Positions 26,962 to 36,964 of a stretch of 64,000 nt of DNA are shown here, in pieces. The notes beneath the pieces were generated by a model that was not told where the DNA came from, searched no databases, and saw only the letters and a list, made by a program, of their open reading frames with translations. A program made the position numbers and the translations under genes. This stretch comes from an uncultured Verrucomicrobiae bacterium. GTDB lineage: Bacteria; Verrucomicrobiota; Verrucomicrobiia; Chthoniobacterales; UBA10450. The stretch spans positions 1,056,001 through 1,120,000 of the forward strand of contig CAVWPA010000003.1 in assembly GCA_963756875.1 (NCBI GenBank). Direction: 5' to 3'. How positions within the stretch are numbered: position 1 is the stretch's first letter; the number at the start of each line of letters is the position of its first letter.

Positions 26962-27915
26962 ATGAGAATTCTGGTTACTGGCGGAGCGGGATTTATCGGC
27001 TCACACCTGGTCGAGAAATTACTCGCGCTCGGTCATGAGGTCGTCATTCTCGACGACTTCAACGATTTTTACGACCCGCAAATCAAGCGCGCAAACATCG
27101 CCGCAGTTTCCCGGGACGTCGCGCTTCACCAGATCGATCTCCGGAACGCCGCGGCGGTGCGGGATTTGTTTCGCCGGGAAAAATTTGAAGCCATCGCACA
27201 CCTGGCCGCGCGCGCCGGAGTTCGGCCGTCCATTCAAGATCCCCAACTTTACTACGACACGAACGTAGAGGGCACGTTGCATCTGCTGGAAGCGGCGCGT
27301 ATGACCGGCATTGAGCGGTTTATTTTTGCCTCGAGTTCGTCCGTTTACGGCGTGGCCGAAAAGGTCCCGTTTTCGGAGGACCAGCGCCTTACCCAGACGC
27401 TGAGCCCGTACGGTGCGACGAAGGTCGCCGGCGAATTTTTGTGTTCCACCTATTCGCACCTTTACAAAATGCGAGTGGTCGCATTGCGTTATTTCACGGT
27501 CTACGGACCGCGGCAACGGCCCGACCTGGCCATTCATCAGTTCACGAAGAAAATCTTCGCGGGTCAGTCCATAGACCAGTTCGGCGATGGTACGACCCGC
27601 CGTGATTACACGTTCATCGACGACATCATCCAGGGAACCGCGGCGGCACTGCGGTACCAGGGGCCGTTATTCGACCTGTTTAATCTCGGTGAAAGCGAAA
27701 CAATTCAGTTGAAGGAGTTGATCGCGGGGATCGAAGCGGCGCTGGGCAAAAAGGCGAAGATCAATCGATTGCCGGAGCAATCGGGCGACATGCGACTGAC
27801 CTGCGCGGACATTTCGAAAGCGAAAAAACTGCTGGGGTACGATCCGAAAACGAAGTTTGCCGACGGGCTGCCGCGGTTCGTCGATTGGTTTCTGCAATTG
27901 GCCGGGGCCAAATGA
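26962..27915 (+). CDS. NAD-dependent nucleotide-sugar epimerase (UDP-glucuronate 4-epimerase-like)
   Basis: TGGAGFIG, HLAARAGVRPS, SSSSVYG, YGATK, RYFTVYGPRQRPDLA. Confidence 0.9.
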   Translation: MRILVTGGAGFIGSHLVEKLLALGHEVVILDDFNDFYDPQIKRANIAAVSRDVALHQIDLRNAAAVRDLFRREKFEAIAHLAARAGVRPSIQDPQLYYDTNVEGTLHLLEAARMTGIERFIFASSSSVYGVAEKVPFSEDQRLTQTLSPYGATKVAGEFLCSTYSHLYKMRVVALRYFTVYGPRQRPDLAIHQFTKKIFAGQSIDQFGDGTTRRDYTFIDDIIQGTAAALRYQGPLFDLFNLGESETIQLKELIAGIEAALGKKAKINRLPEQSGDMRLTCADISKAKKLLGYDPKTKFADGLPRFVDWFLQLAGAK

Positions 27916-28116
27916 GAACGGGTCTTGTTCGGCATGTTCGAGGCCGGCGTAAGTTGGTCCGCCATTTTAGAGCGCTCGCCGTGAGACCAACCCTCGCCTG
28001 GCGCTTCGCGTCCTCCTCTCCCTGGGGGAGAGGATTGAGGAGAGGGCGATTTCTCCGGCTTCTCCAGGACGATTGGGCACCTCTATCGGCATTCGGCGAC
28101 AGGAGCCACAACCCGC

Positions 28117-28145
28117 TTGCAATCACTCACCCCGCAGACGATACT
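28117..28145 (+). promoter_or_regulatory. Putative sigma70 promoter upstream of RRM-miaA-hflX
   Basis: TTGCAA-N17-GATACT about 285 nt upstream of the ATG at 28430. Confidence 0.4.
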
Positions 28146-28429
28146 CGGCCGGAGATGTCGGGAATCTTTCGATGATCCGGGCGTCCGCTCCTAACGACGA
28201 TTCAGTTTTTCGATTATGATGCGCATTTATGCATCTTCCCTGTTTCGGTGGCTTACAGTAGCGGCTGGCGGTTCGAGGTATTTCCGGCTTTACGAGGCGA
28301 AGTTTCCTTTGGCGTGGCAGAATGCTTGCAATTTGCTTCCAGGGACCTTTCCAGGTTCCCACGCTGCGGACCGTGCACCATCCGGTGCGCTTCGCCCAAT
28401 TAACAATTGGATAAATATTAAGAATCAAC

Positions 28430-28945
28430 ATGAACTCTCATTCATCCGGAAGACGCCCGCGCCGTTCGCGTGGCGGTTCGCGAAGCAGAGGCGATCGTCG
28501 CGCGCGTTACCAGAGCGCGCCGCCTCACAAGGCTCAAAAGAAAACATTCTGGCAGCGACTGGCTGCATTTTTTGGAAACGGCAAGCGGACAAAACATCCG
28601 TCGGTTGGGTCCCGCAACGGTTCGCAGCAGCAGCAGCAGCAGCGGCAGCCGTCGCGCAAACCTGAATCAGTCGAAGTCAATTCACCCCGGCTTTACGTCG
28701 GCAATTTATCGTTCGACGCCACGGAAAGCGACCTTTTCGAACTGTTCAACGGAGTTGGACACGTCCAGAATGCCGAGGTGGTGACCTATCGCCATAACCA
28801 GCGCTCGAAAGGTTTCGCCTTTGTTCAGATGCAAACCATCGACGAAGCCAAACGCGCGGTCGAAGAACTTCACGATAAGGAATTTCTTGGACGCAAGTTG
28901 GTGGTAAGCGGCGCAAAGACGAGCGAGCATCAAGCGCGAAGTTAA
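28430..28945 (+). CDS. RRM-domain RNA-binding protein with basic disordered N-terminus
   Basis: RNP2 LYVGNL, RNP1 KGFAFVQM. Confidence 0.92.
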   Translation: MNSHSSGRRPRRSRGGSRSRGDRRARYQSAPPHKAQKKTFWQRLAAFFGNGKRTKHPSVGSRNGSQQQQQQRQPSRKPESVEVNSPRLYVGNLSFDATESDLFELFNGVGHVQNAEVVTYRHNQRSKGFAFVQMQTIDEAKRAVEELHDKEFLGRKLVVSGAKTSEHQARS

Positions 28946-29024
28946 GCGGGTTGGCAACTCGGTTTGTGGTAGGGACGGCGCGCTGCGCCGTCCACGGACA
29001 TTGCAGCGCGATGTCCCTACCTGA

Positions 29025-29957
29025 ATGAAGCATGCCTTTTTTATCGTTGGCCCAACGGCTGTCGGAAAATCCGATATTGCCGCCGACGTCGCGCACCATC
29101 TCAACGCTGAGATCGTCAATGCAGACGCCTTTCAAATTTACAGCGGCCTCGACCGCTTAACGGCAAAACCGGAGCCGGCCACGCTGGCGAAAGCGCCACA
29201 TCACTTGATCGGGACCGTTCCTCTCCGGGAGGAAATGAATGCGGAAAAGTTTCGTCGAATCGCGTTGCGCGTAACCGGGGAAATTCGTTCGCGCGGAAAA
29301 CTGGCAATCGTTGTCGGCGGAAGCGGACTTTACGTAAAAGCGCTCACGCACGGTTTCGCTTCGCTTCCTCCGGTCGATCCGAAATTGCGCATGCAATTGA
29401 ACAGTTTGAGCCTTGACCGATTGCGCGAGAGGATGGCCGAGCTCGATCCGGAAGGCGCGACCAGGATCGACATTAAAAATCGGCGGCGACTGGTCCGTGC
29501 CATTGAGATTTGTTTGCTCACGGGCAAGCCGGCTTCGGCGCAACGGACGCAATGGGATCCTGCAGCGGCCGTCGTCCCCAGCGCCAGGTTGATGGACGGC
29601 ATATTTGTTTTTCGGGACCGCGACGAGCTTTATGCACGGATCAATCGCAGGGTGGAAGGAATGTTCGAAAGTGGCGTAATTGAGGAAGTGCGGGCCCTGA
29701 ACGCAGTGAGCGAGACCGCGTCGAAAACGATTGGTTTTGGCGAGATTCGCGACTTGCTTGACGGGAAGATGTCGATTTCTCAGTGTGTCGTGCAGATTCA
29801 ACAGGCTACCCGCCGCTATGCGAAACGGCAGTTGACCTGGTTTCGTCGGCAAACTAATTTTAAGCCGCTGAACCTATCGCTTCTTACTCACAACGAAGCC
29901 GTGAAATGGATCTCGCAGGCTGCGAGAGTGTCAGGGGTTGCTCAAAGGGATGATTGA
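29025..29957 (+). CDS. miaA: tRNA dimethylallyltransferase
   Basis: GPTAVGKS, NADAFQIY, TAKP, VGGSGLY, TRRYAKRQLTWF. Confidence 0.97.
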   Translation: MKHAFFIVGPTAVGKSDIAADVAHHLNAEIVNADAFQIYSGLDRLTAKPEPATLAKAPHHLIGTVPLREEMNAEKFRRIALRVTGEIRSRGKLAIVVGGSGLYVKALTHGFASLPPVDPKLRMQLNSLSLDRLRERMAELDPEGATRIDIKNRRRLVRAIEICLLTGKPASAQRTQWDPAAAVVPSARLMDGIFVFRDRDELYARINRRVEGMFESGVIEEVRALNAVSETASKTIGFGEIRDLLDGKMSISQCVVQIQQATRRYAKRQLTWFRRQTNFKPLNLSLLTHNEAVKWISQAARVSGVAQRDD

Positions 29958-31221
29958 AACACGTCCGAAAAAAGGCCACGAACGCGCCATTTTGATTGGT
30001 CTCGAGAAAGACGGTGTCTCGAAATGGGATCTGCAGGATTCGCTGGAGGAATTGCGCGAGCTTGCAAATTCCGCTGGCGCGGAAGTGGTCGATACCGTCA
30101 CCCAAAAACTGGCGAAACCGACTGCGCCTTATTACATCGGGAAGGGTAAAGCCGAGTCGATTAAAGACTCGTTGCAAAACCGGGAAGTGACTTCGATCAT
30201 CTTTGACGACGAACTTTCGCCGGCCCAGGGGCGAAACCTGGAGAATCTGCTCTCGCGCAAGGTGCTCGATCGGACGCAGCTCATTCTCGATATTTTCGCG
30301 CAACGCGCGCGCAGTCGCGAAGGGCGATTGCAAATCGAATTGGCGCAACTTCAATATCTTCTGCCGCGTCTGACGAGAATGTGGCACCACCTTTCCCGGC
30401 AAACCGGCGGAATCGGCACACGCGGTCCGGGCGAGACGCAGCTGGAAGTAGACCGCCGCCGTGTGCAGGAGCGGATCGCGCGGTTGGAGCGGGAATTGGA
30501 ATCGGTGCGCAAAACGCGCGCGGTGCAACGCCAGGGAAGGAAGCGGCACCAGTGGCCGGTCGCAGCGGTGGTCGGCTACACGAATGCGGGAAAATCCACG
30601 CTGCTGAATTTGCTCACCGGCGCCGATCTCGTCGCGGCAAACAGACTCTTTGCCACGCTCGACCCGACGACCCGCAGTTTTGTTCTGCCCAACAAACAAC
30701 GCCTGCTGCTCACCGATACCGTCGGCTTTTTGCGCAAACTGCCCCACACGTTGATCGAGTCGTTCAAGGCGACGCTCGAAGAAGTGCACGAAGCAGACCT
30801 GCTCATTCACGTCGTCGATCTCAGTCATCCGCACGTGGAAGAACAGATGGAAGCGGTCGATGCCGTGATCAAGGAACTGGATGCGTTCGGCAAACAGGCC
30901 GTGATCGTTTTTAACAAGATCGACAATCTTGAGGGCCGCGAGCTTGCAGAAACATACGTCAAAAAGTTTCCCGGCAGTGTGGCGATTTCGGCCCGTACCG
31001 GCGAAGGCGTGGGCGATCTGGTGCAGGCGCTGCAAAGCGCGCTCAGCGCCTGGCGGTTGCGCTCGCGATTTCGAATTCCGGCGAGCGAATCGGCACTAAT
31101 TGCCGAGATCCATCGTGTTGGTCACGTGCTCGAGTTGAAGTACGAGAACAATGACGTGCTTGTCGTTGCGCATGTTCCGCCGCATTTGGGACAAAAGCTT
31201 TCGCAGTTTGCTGTTGAGTAA
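29950..31221 (+). CDS. hflX: Ribosome-splitting GTPase HflX
   Basis: GPGETQLEVDRR, GYTNAGKS, LFATLDPT, DTVGF, NKID. Confidence 0.97.
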   Translation: MIETRPKKGHERAILIGLEKDGVSKWDLQDSLEELRELANSAGAEVVDTVTQKLAKPTAPYYIGKGKAESIKDSLQNREVTSIIFDDELSPAQGRNLENLLSRKVLDRTQLILDIFAQRARSREGRLQIELAQLQYLLPRLTRMWHHLSRQTGGIGTRGPGETQLEVDRRRVQERIARLERELESVRKTRAVQRQGRKRHQWPVAAVVGYTNAGKSTLLNLLTGADLVAANRLFATLDPTTRSFVLPNKQRLLLTDTVGFLRKLPHTLIESFKATLEEVHEADLLIHVVDLSHPHVEEQMEAVDAVIKELDAFGKQAVIVFNKIDNLEGRELAETYVKKFPGSVAISARTGEGVGDLVQALQSALSAWRLRSRFRIPASESALIAEIHRVGHVLELKYENNDVLVVAHVPPHLGQKLSQFAVE

Positions 31222-31264
31222 ACGTGCCGACGGAGGGACAGCGTGAGGGCCCTGCCTGAATCGT

Positions 31265-32317
31265 TCAAGCTGACTGCTGAAGACGACCGCGGCGCTTCCG
31301 CGCGTCGGTAAACGAAACGCAAATCCATCCGGCGGTGAGGAAGCCATCCAGCCAGGCGGACGGTTCGGGCACGGCCTCGATGTTAATGAACGTGCTTGAT
31401 GTATCGTAGGCCAAGCCCAGCGGATTTCCGGTAATTCCCGTGCCGGTAAAGTCGGTCGTGTTCGTCTGTAACAACTGGGCATAGTTCATTTGCAAAATGT
31501 AACTTTGTCCGGGAACGAGGGTGCCGGCGGACAGCGTGATGGAGGTTAATGCCGGATCGTTTTTTCCGAGGCTGGGAACATATTGCGAAACCAATTGAGG
31601 GGTTAGTGGCGTGGGATAATCGGAGGCTGCAAACAAGTTCACGGTAATCGCTCCACCAAGGCCGCTCGTGTAGGTGGTGAACGCGCTGCTGTTGAGATCC
31701 AGGGTTGTCGTCACGTTTGGGTCGATAAGAAGCGTGCTGCCGCTCCAGGTACCGCCGCTGGTGACTTCAGGAGTGGTTGGCAGAAACGGAGTTACGGTGT
31801 CGAGATTGAGAGTCGGCATTGCCGACGCGTCGCCGAGTGTAAATGTAAATGTGCCGCTGCCGACGTTACTTGAGAGCTCCGAGGTGCTGTTCCAGGCATT
31901 GCCAAAGTCGTATCGATTGTAGCCGTCTCCGCCCGGGTAAGTTGGGGAAAAACCGGGTCCGGTGGGGAAGGTGATGTAGCCATCCGGATAAGCTGATGTG
32001 GGGTTCGGTAGGGTCAGAATCGGAGCGGCCGACAGGCTCATCCCGAGGGTATCGATTTTGGCAACCAGAGCGTATTGGTCGTAAGACAATGTGCTATATC
32101 CGGGCAGGATCGTGGAGCCGTCGGTCTGCTGCTGCACATTTTGCACTTCAACGCTGTATTGAGTGCCTGACGAAGCAAACGCGTTTGGAAGCCCCGCCAA
32201 TGAGAGCAGAGCAATCAGCCTAACGAGTCCTGTCGAACGTGCTCGTGTCAGGAAAAGAAGAGAAGCGCTTGTCCCTTTAATACCAACATGAACCCTCCCA
32301 AGCATGGCAAAAATCAT
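31265..32317 (-). CDS. PEP-CTERM-type surface protein (Ser/Thr/Gly-rich); start uncertain
   Basis: Signal-like VRLIALLSLAGLPNAFA; C-terminal AVPEPS, a weakly hydrophobic segment, then RKRR. Confidence 0.7.
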   Translation of the reverse strand: MIFAMLGRVHVGIKGTSASLLFLTRARSTGLVRLIALLSLAGLPNAFASSGTQYSVEVQNVQQQTDGSTILPGYSTLSYDQYALVAKIDTLGMSLSAAPILTLPNPTSAYPDGYITFPTGPGFSPTYPGGDGYNRYDFGNAWNSTSELSSNVGSGTFTFTLGDASAMPTLNLDTVTPFLPTTPEVTSGGTWSGSTLLIDPNVTTTLDLNSSAFTTYTSGLGGAITVNLFAASDYPTPLTPQLVSQYVPSLGKNDPALTSITLSAGTLVPGQSYILQMNYAQLLQTNTTDFTGTGITGNPLGLAYDTSSTFINIEAVPEPSAWLDGFLTAGWICVSFTDARKRRGRLQQSA

Positions 32318-32480
32318 GGAAAATTATGTGCTAAATGTCAATGTCGGACGTTGTAGTACGTTCCCTCGCGTCATTCTAATTCTATATTGGGTCCGGTACG
32401 ACTACGCGTCGGCGCCGCGTCACAATCCACCATCGAGCCGATCGCGTTGCACCTGATGCGAGCTTGCGGTACAGGAAGAT

Positions 32481-32753
32481 ATGGAGTGGCTGCGCAAAAT
32501 TGCTCCCGGTCTTGCTCGTGCACCGAAAATGCGAAAGGTCATTGTCGCGGTGATCGGTGGTACCATCGTGCTGATCGGGATTGTGCTGCTCGTTTTGCCC
32601 GGTCCGGCGCTGATTGTTATTCCAATCGGACTCGTAATTCTGGCGAGCGAGTTTGCATGGGCCCGGTACGTTTTGCGTCGCGGCGGGCGCGCATTTGAAA
32701 ATGCGCGGCGTGGAAAATGGCGCGATCTCTTTTCGACCACTCGCGAACCATGA
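32481..32753 (+). CDS. PGPGW-family small membrane protein
   Basis: GIVLLVLPGPALIVIPIGLVILASEFAWAR. Confidence 0.85.
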   Translation: MEWLRKIAPGLARAPKMRKVIVAVIGGTIVLIGIVLLVLPGPALIVIPIGLVILASEFAWARYVLRRGGRAFENARRGKWRDLFSTTREP

Positions 32754-33427
32754 AGACTCAGCAGCGCGTAGCGCGACTCGTCGAAACGTTGCCAAAGGTT
32801 TATCCCAACGCGCACACCGAGCTGAATTTCAAAGGTCCGCTCCAGTTGCTGGTCGCCACGATCCTTTCGGCGCAGTGCACCGACAAACGCGTCAACATGG
32901 TCACGCCCGCTCTTTTTAAGAAATATCGGACGGCAAAAGATTACGCCGGCGCGTCGCAAGCCCAGCTCGAGAGCGCAATCAAATCGACCGGATTCTTTCG
33001 CAACAAGGCAAAAAGCATTCGAGCTGCGATGCGCGCAATCGCGGACGAACATGGTGGCAAGGTTCCTTCGACGATGGAGGAACTGCGCGAGCTGCCAGGG
33101 GTGGGACGAAAAACCGCGAACGTTGTTCTGGGTAACGCGTTCGGAAAAAACGAGGGGATTGTTGTGGACACGCACGTGGCGCGGTTGTCCCAGCGTCTCG
33201 GACTGACGAAGCACAAAGATCCGGAAAAGATCGAACGCGATTTGATGAAACTGGTGCCGCGCGAGTATTGGACGGATTGGAGCCACTGGCTGATCTGGCA
33301 CGGGCGCCGCCGGTGTTACGCTCGGAAACCGGACTGCACAAACTGCGAGATTTTTCAGCTTTGCCCGAGCGGGAAAATTCTTCTGCAGACCGGGGAAGCA
33401 CGAACGGTGGCGTCAAGCCGTAAATGA
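32750..33427 (+). CDS. nth: Endonuclease III
   Basis: LSAQCTDKRVN, LPGVGRKTANVV, VDTHV, Fe-S motif CxxxxxxCxxCxxxxxC. Confidence 0.96.
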   Translation: MKTQQRVARLVETLPKVYPNAHTELNFKGPLQLLVATILSAQCTDKRVNMVTPALFKKYRTAKDYAGASQAQLESAIKSTGFFRNKAKSIRAAMRAIADEHGGKVPSTMEELRELPGVGRKTANVVLGNAFGKNEGIVVDTHVARLSQRLGLTKHKDPEKIERDLMKLVPREYWTDWSHWLIWHGRRRCYARKPDCTNCEIFQLCPSGKILLQTGEARTVASSRK

Positions 33428-33449
33428 ACCATTTGGCTTTTCCGCCGTG

Positions 33450-33881
33450 CTAGGATCCGCTCTCTTTGGATCCTTTGTGCAACCGCTTGAATTCCTCTTC
33501 GAGCTTTTTCAATTCCGCATCGGAAAGTTCTTCAAGATTGACCATGTGGTTGCGCGCGCCTTTCATCGCGCGGATCAGCTCGTCGAGCTTCAATTGAACG
33601 GCTTTCGAATCGCGGTTCTGAGTGTTTTGAATGACAAAAACCATCAGGAAGGTAACGATGGTGGTGCCGGTATTAATGACGAGCTGCCACGTATCGGAGT
33701 AGTGAAACTTCGGTCCGCTTGCGCCCCATATGAGGAGGGCCAGGATCGCAATTACGAATGCCCAGGCACTTCCCAGCATGATTGCCGCGCGCCGCGCGAC
33801 TACGCGAAATGCTTCGTTCACCAGGCCGAATGGATCCCGAGGCGCCTCTTGCTGCTTTACCTTTTTGCCTTGTGTAGTCAT
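33450..33881 (-). CDS. Low-affinity iron permease (Fet4-like) family protein
   Basis: SDTWQLVINTGTTIVTFLMVFVIQNTQNRD..A.QLKLDELI. Confidence 0.9.
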   Translation of the reverse strand: MTTQGKKVKQQEAPRDPFGLVNEAFRVVARRAAIMLGSAWAFVIAILALLIWGASGPKFHYSDTWQLVINTGTTIVTFLMVFVIQNTQNRDSKAVQLKLDELIRAMKGARNHMVNLEELSDAELKKLEEEFKRLHKGSKESGS

Positions 33882-33998
33882 AGGATCACACCCTCAATTC
33901 GCAGCACCTTCCTAATCTGCGTGTCACAGGATCGTCAACTGTCTCGGAAGTCGGCATTGATTTTCGCGGTGACTTGACGCAGACAATCCTCCGGATCC

Positions 33999-34862
33999 AT
34001 GCAGCACGCGACGAGCGCTCTTTCTCTTTTGCACCTTAATTTGGACGACGCCTGGCGCGACGAGCCGCTTCGCTTGCCGGTGCTCGATCTGCGCGCGTGG
34101 GGTCCGCAACTTCGGTTTTCCGCGCCGCCACGCTTGATCAACCGGTTCTACGACGAAGTTGAATCCCGGCTTGCACCATTTTTACTTTATGGCTCGGGCG
34201 ATTTTCATCATCTGAGCGCGCTCTGGGTCCGCCGCGTTGCCCGGCCACTGATGGTCGTTTCCTTCGACAATCATCCTGACTGGGACGTTCGCCCACCGAA
34301 ATGGTGCTGCGGCGGCTGGGTGAATCGCGCACTGGAACTGCCGCACGTTGAGCGGGTCAGCGTTTGGGGCTGTGGCAACTTCGAATGCTGGTGGCCAGGC
34401 CAGCTCTTCGGCAACCGTCGTGCCGAGCGAAGCGGAAAATTGGAAGTGCATCCGTGGGCTGACGAGCGGCCGGCGAAAGACCAGCAGCGGCGCGGCGCAA
34501 TTTTGCGTGATAATTGGCGCGAACGTTTCGAAAGCTTTCTCGACCGCGTGCGTGGCGCGGATGTTTATGTTACGATCGATCTCGATTGCATTCGAGCGGA
34601 AGAAGCGGTGACCAACTGGGAAAACGGGCGCTTTACAATTGTCGATCTTTCCTGGGCCTTGCAAAGATTGCGCGAGCATTGCCAAATCGTGGCCGGAGAT
34701 ATTTGCGGCGCATTTTCGCAACCATCCTACGCTCGGTGGAAGCAGCGGTTCGCTTCGGAAATGGACCATCCGAACCTTCCGCGACCGGCTGCGGACGAGA
34801 CCGCCAGAATTAATTTCACCGTTTTGGAGAAACTCTGGCGGGTTCTGGTTGGTGAATTGTAG
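33999..34862 (+). CDS. Arginase/ureohydrolase-fold protein
   Basis: GSGDFHH, FDNHPD (DxHxD), TIDLD (DxD), TNWENG, GDICG. Confidence 0.75.
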   Translation: MQHATSALSLLHLNLDDAWRDEPLRLPVLDLRAWGPQLRFSAPPRLINRFYDEVESRLAPFLLYGSGDFHHLSALWVRRVARPLMVVSFDNHPDWDVRPPKWCCGGWVNRALELPHVERVSVWGCGNFECWWPGQLFGNRRAERSGKLEVHPWADERPAKDQQRRGAILRDNWRERFESFLDRVRGADVYVTIDLDCIRAEEAVTNWENGRFTIVDLSWALQRLREHCQIVAGDICGAFSQPSYARWKQRFASEMDHPNLPRPAADETARINFTVLEKLWRVLVGEL

Positions 34863-34922
34863 GGCAAGCGCACCGCTTGCCGAATTTTTGGCCAGCCCGG
34901 CAAGCGAAGCGCTTGCCCTGCA
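34858..34922. repeat. TGTAGGGCAA...TTGCCCTRCA REP family; copy at 61639-61736
   Basis: Inverted termini and internal GGCAAGCG/CGCTTGCC hairpins; lies between convergent genes. Confidence 0.8.
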
Positions 34923-34941
34923 ATCTATTTGCCGTGCGATG

Positions 34942-35286
34942 CTAGCTGAGCGAAACGAGCACGACACCGGCGGTGATGAGAAGCGCGCCGATCGTTAACT
35001 GCAGGGTCAATTTTTCCTTGAGCATCATCGCAGCCATCAAACTGATGATAATGACGCTGAGACCCTGGAACGGGTAGAGATAGCTCAGATCGAACTCCCG
35101 CAACAACCCCAGGGTGAGAAAGAACGAGATCGTCATCGAAACAATTCCGGCAGTGAGGGACCTGACGAAGTAGGCGCTGTGAAATCCGGACCTTGCCGAG
35201 AATTCCATCGCGTGCTTGAACCAAAGCTGGCCGGCGCAAAAAGACGTCAGCGCGCAAAAGATGAGAAAGAAAGGCACGATGCTCAC
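34942..35286 (-). CDS. SMR/EamA-like 4-TM transporter (ArnE-like)
   Basis: GTG start overlaps the upstream stop (GTGA); GQLWFK, DLSYLYP, LKEK; 114 aa. Confidence 0.75.
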   Translation of the reverse strand: MSIVPFFLIFCALTSFCAGQLWFKHAMEFSARSGFHSAYFVRSLTAGIVSMTISFFLTLGLLREFDLSYLYPFQGLSVIIISLMAAMMLKEKLTLQLTIGALLITAGVVLVSLS

Positions 35287-35690
35287 AACTTCTCCTCGAT
35301 CCGTGCGAATGGCTTTGCCACGACCATGAGGCCGACGAGCACCAGCGCGATACCGAACCAGCGGCGGGTAGAGATCATTTCGCCAAGAAAAATCCAGCTG
35401 CTTAACGGCACCAACACGTGGCATACGTTCGAAAGCGGAAATGCGACAGTGAGCGGCATGTGCCGCAGCACGTAAAGCCAGCTGAAAAGGCTCAGAATTA
35501 CAAACACAATTCCGGACCAAACCCACGGTGAGAGCAACGCCGCGATCCCGGTCCATCCCCAGCGTGGTAACAGGTGCGCCGTGTCAGATGCCCCGAGCTT
35601 CAGGAAAAGTTCCGAGATGGTGACAAAGATTGCGCCGAGGGCAATTTGGAGCCAGGGATTACGGAGCCATCTAAAGAAACGGTTTCGCAT
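35283..35690 (-). CDS. SMR/EamA-like 4-TM transporter (ArnF-like)
   Basis: SELFLKLG, PLTVAFPL, FLGE..S..RW.GI. Confidence 0.8.
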   Translation of the reverse strand: MRNRFFRWLRNPWLQIALGAIFVTISELFLKLGASDTAHLLPRWGWTGIAALLSPWVWSGIVFVILSLFSWLYVLRHMPLTVAFPLSNVCHVLVPLSSWIFLGEMISTRRWFGIALVLVGLMVVAKPFARIEEKL

Positions 35691-36964
35691 CCGTCTTTCT
35701 TGGCGCGACTCGAGTGCTTACGCAAGACAGGATCGGATTTTGCGGGCGAAAAATACGGTGCCACGAATCGGAGGACCGTGTTCATCAAACGGGATGTGTG
35801 CCGCACATATAGATCGAGATCGACGAGGTCCAGACCGAGCCGCAGCTTTGGATCGTAGTTGAACGGCGCGCTGCAATAATATTTCAAGTCGTGGCGCAGG
35901 GCCCACTCGATCAGGTCGCGAAACGTCAGGTAATAAAGATTCAGATCGTGAGCGACATCGTAATCGAGACCGATGTCGTTATCGTAAAGCGTGTCCCCCC
36001 AGATCGTGCAGAAACTGAAAGCGATCGCTTTGCCGCCGCGGCGCCAGACGAAATAACGGAACCGTCCCGGCATGCGGCGTCCGGCTTCCAGGAAATAATC
36101 TTTCGTGAAAACTTCGAAGCTTATTTCGCTACGCTCTGTCACCTGCAAGTAGAGCGGATAGATTTCATCGACCACGCCACTGCAATCCTCCAATACTTCC
36201 AGTTGAATCGGAGGGGATGTTTTGTCAGACCTCCGAAGTTTTCGACGCAGGCCTTTTCGCGTGATTTTACTGAGGTGAGTCCGGAGATATTCGTCGAAAG
36301 AACTGAAATTGAGATGAAGGGCGAGCGAGGGGAACCCTGCCAGATGGGTGTAACCGGCTTCGATCAAAGGGACCAGGGTCTCCCGCAACTTTGCGCTAAA
36401 GTCTTTCGCCGCGATCAGACGGATTTTTTGCAAGCGCCCGTAAGTGATCAGGGCCTCGGCCAGAATCGCACTGGCCTGCTCCGGGGCGGCTGGCGCAATC
36501 ACTCCAAGTCTGCTTTCGCCCACCAGACAACCAGCCATCAATATGCGCGCTCGCAGAAACCGCGGCCGGAAGCACCGAATCCCGCCAACCAGGCGCGTCA
36601 AAACCGATTTTGCCGTTGCGGCGAGGTCCTGATCGACGAGGATCAACGGCTGCAGCGCAATTGCCCGGTCTTTATCATCGACCAGCACCATGTAACGAAA
36701 AGTAAAATCACTGGCCAGCGTCTCTTCGATCAGGCGGTAGTAATTGAAATCTTTTTGGTCGTCGCCGAACGCCGCTCGCCAGATTGCCGGATCGACATCG
36801 GCAGCTCGCTCAAAAATCTGGAAACCGCCGCTTTCGAGGAGGAGCGCCACGGAATTGCCGGGCGCAGCCGGCTCCCGCGGAGGAGCGCCGGCAGCATCCG
36901 GCACGGCCGGTTCATGTAAGACAGGCCTCGCCAGTTCCGGCTCGGTCGCGATTAGACAGTCCAA
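35600..36964 (-). CDS. FemABX-like double-GNAT protein (paralog 2)
   Basis: FSSFDEYL..LSKITRKGLRRK, IYPLYLQV, GLDY, NYDPKLRLG. Confidence 0.75.
   Translation of the reverse strand: MDCLIATEPELARPVLHEPAVPDAAGAPPREPAAPGNSVALLLESGGFQIFERAADVDPAIWRAAFGDDQKDFNYYRLIEETLASDFTFRYMVLVDDKDRAIALQPLILVDQDLAATAKSVLTRLVGGIRCFRPRFLRARILMAGCLVGESRLGVIAPAAPEQASAILAEALITYGRLQKIRLIAAKDFSAKLRETLVPLIEAGYTHLAGFPSLALHLNFSSFDEYLRTHLSKITRKGLRRKLRRSDKTSPPIQLEVLEDCSGVVDEIYPLYLQVTERSEISFEVFTKDYFLEAGRRMPGRFRYFVWRRGGKAIAFSFCTIWGDTLYDNDIGLDYDVAHDLNLYYLTFRDLIEWALRHDLKYYCSAPFNYDPKLRLGLDLVDLDLYVRHTSRLMNTVLRFVAPYFSPAKSDPVLRKHSSRAKKDGCETVSLDGSVIPGSKLPSAQSLSPSRNFS

Noticed and set aside
28625..28648. (CAG)n tract in the RRM gene as a contingency locus
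   Set aside because: A short triplet repeat in a disordered linker cannot shift the frame.
29884..31035. Long antisense ORFs (this one, 9394-10347, 35891-36919, 37630-38610, 47205-48269, 63134-63991)
   Set aside because: They are shadows of well-supported genes on the opposite strand in GC-rich DNA and show no motifs.
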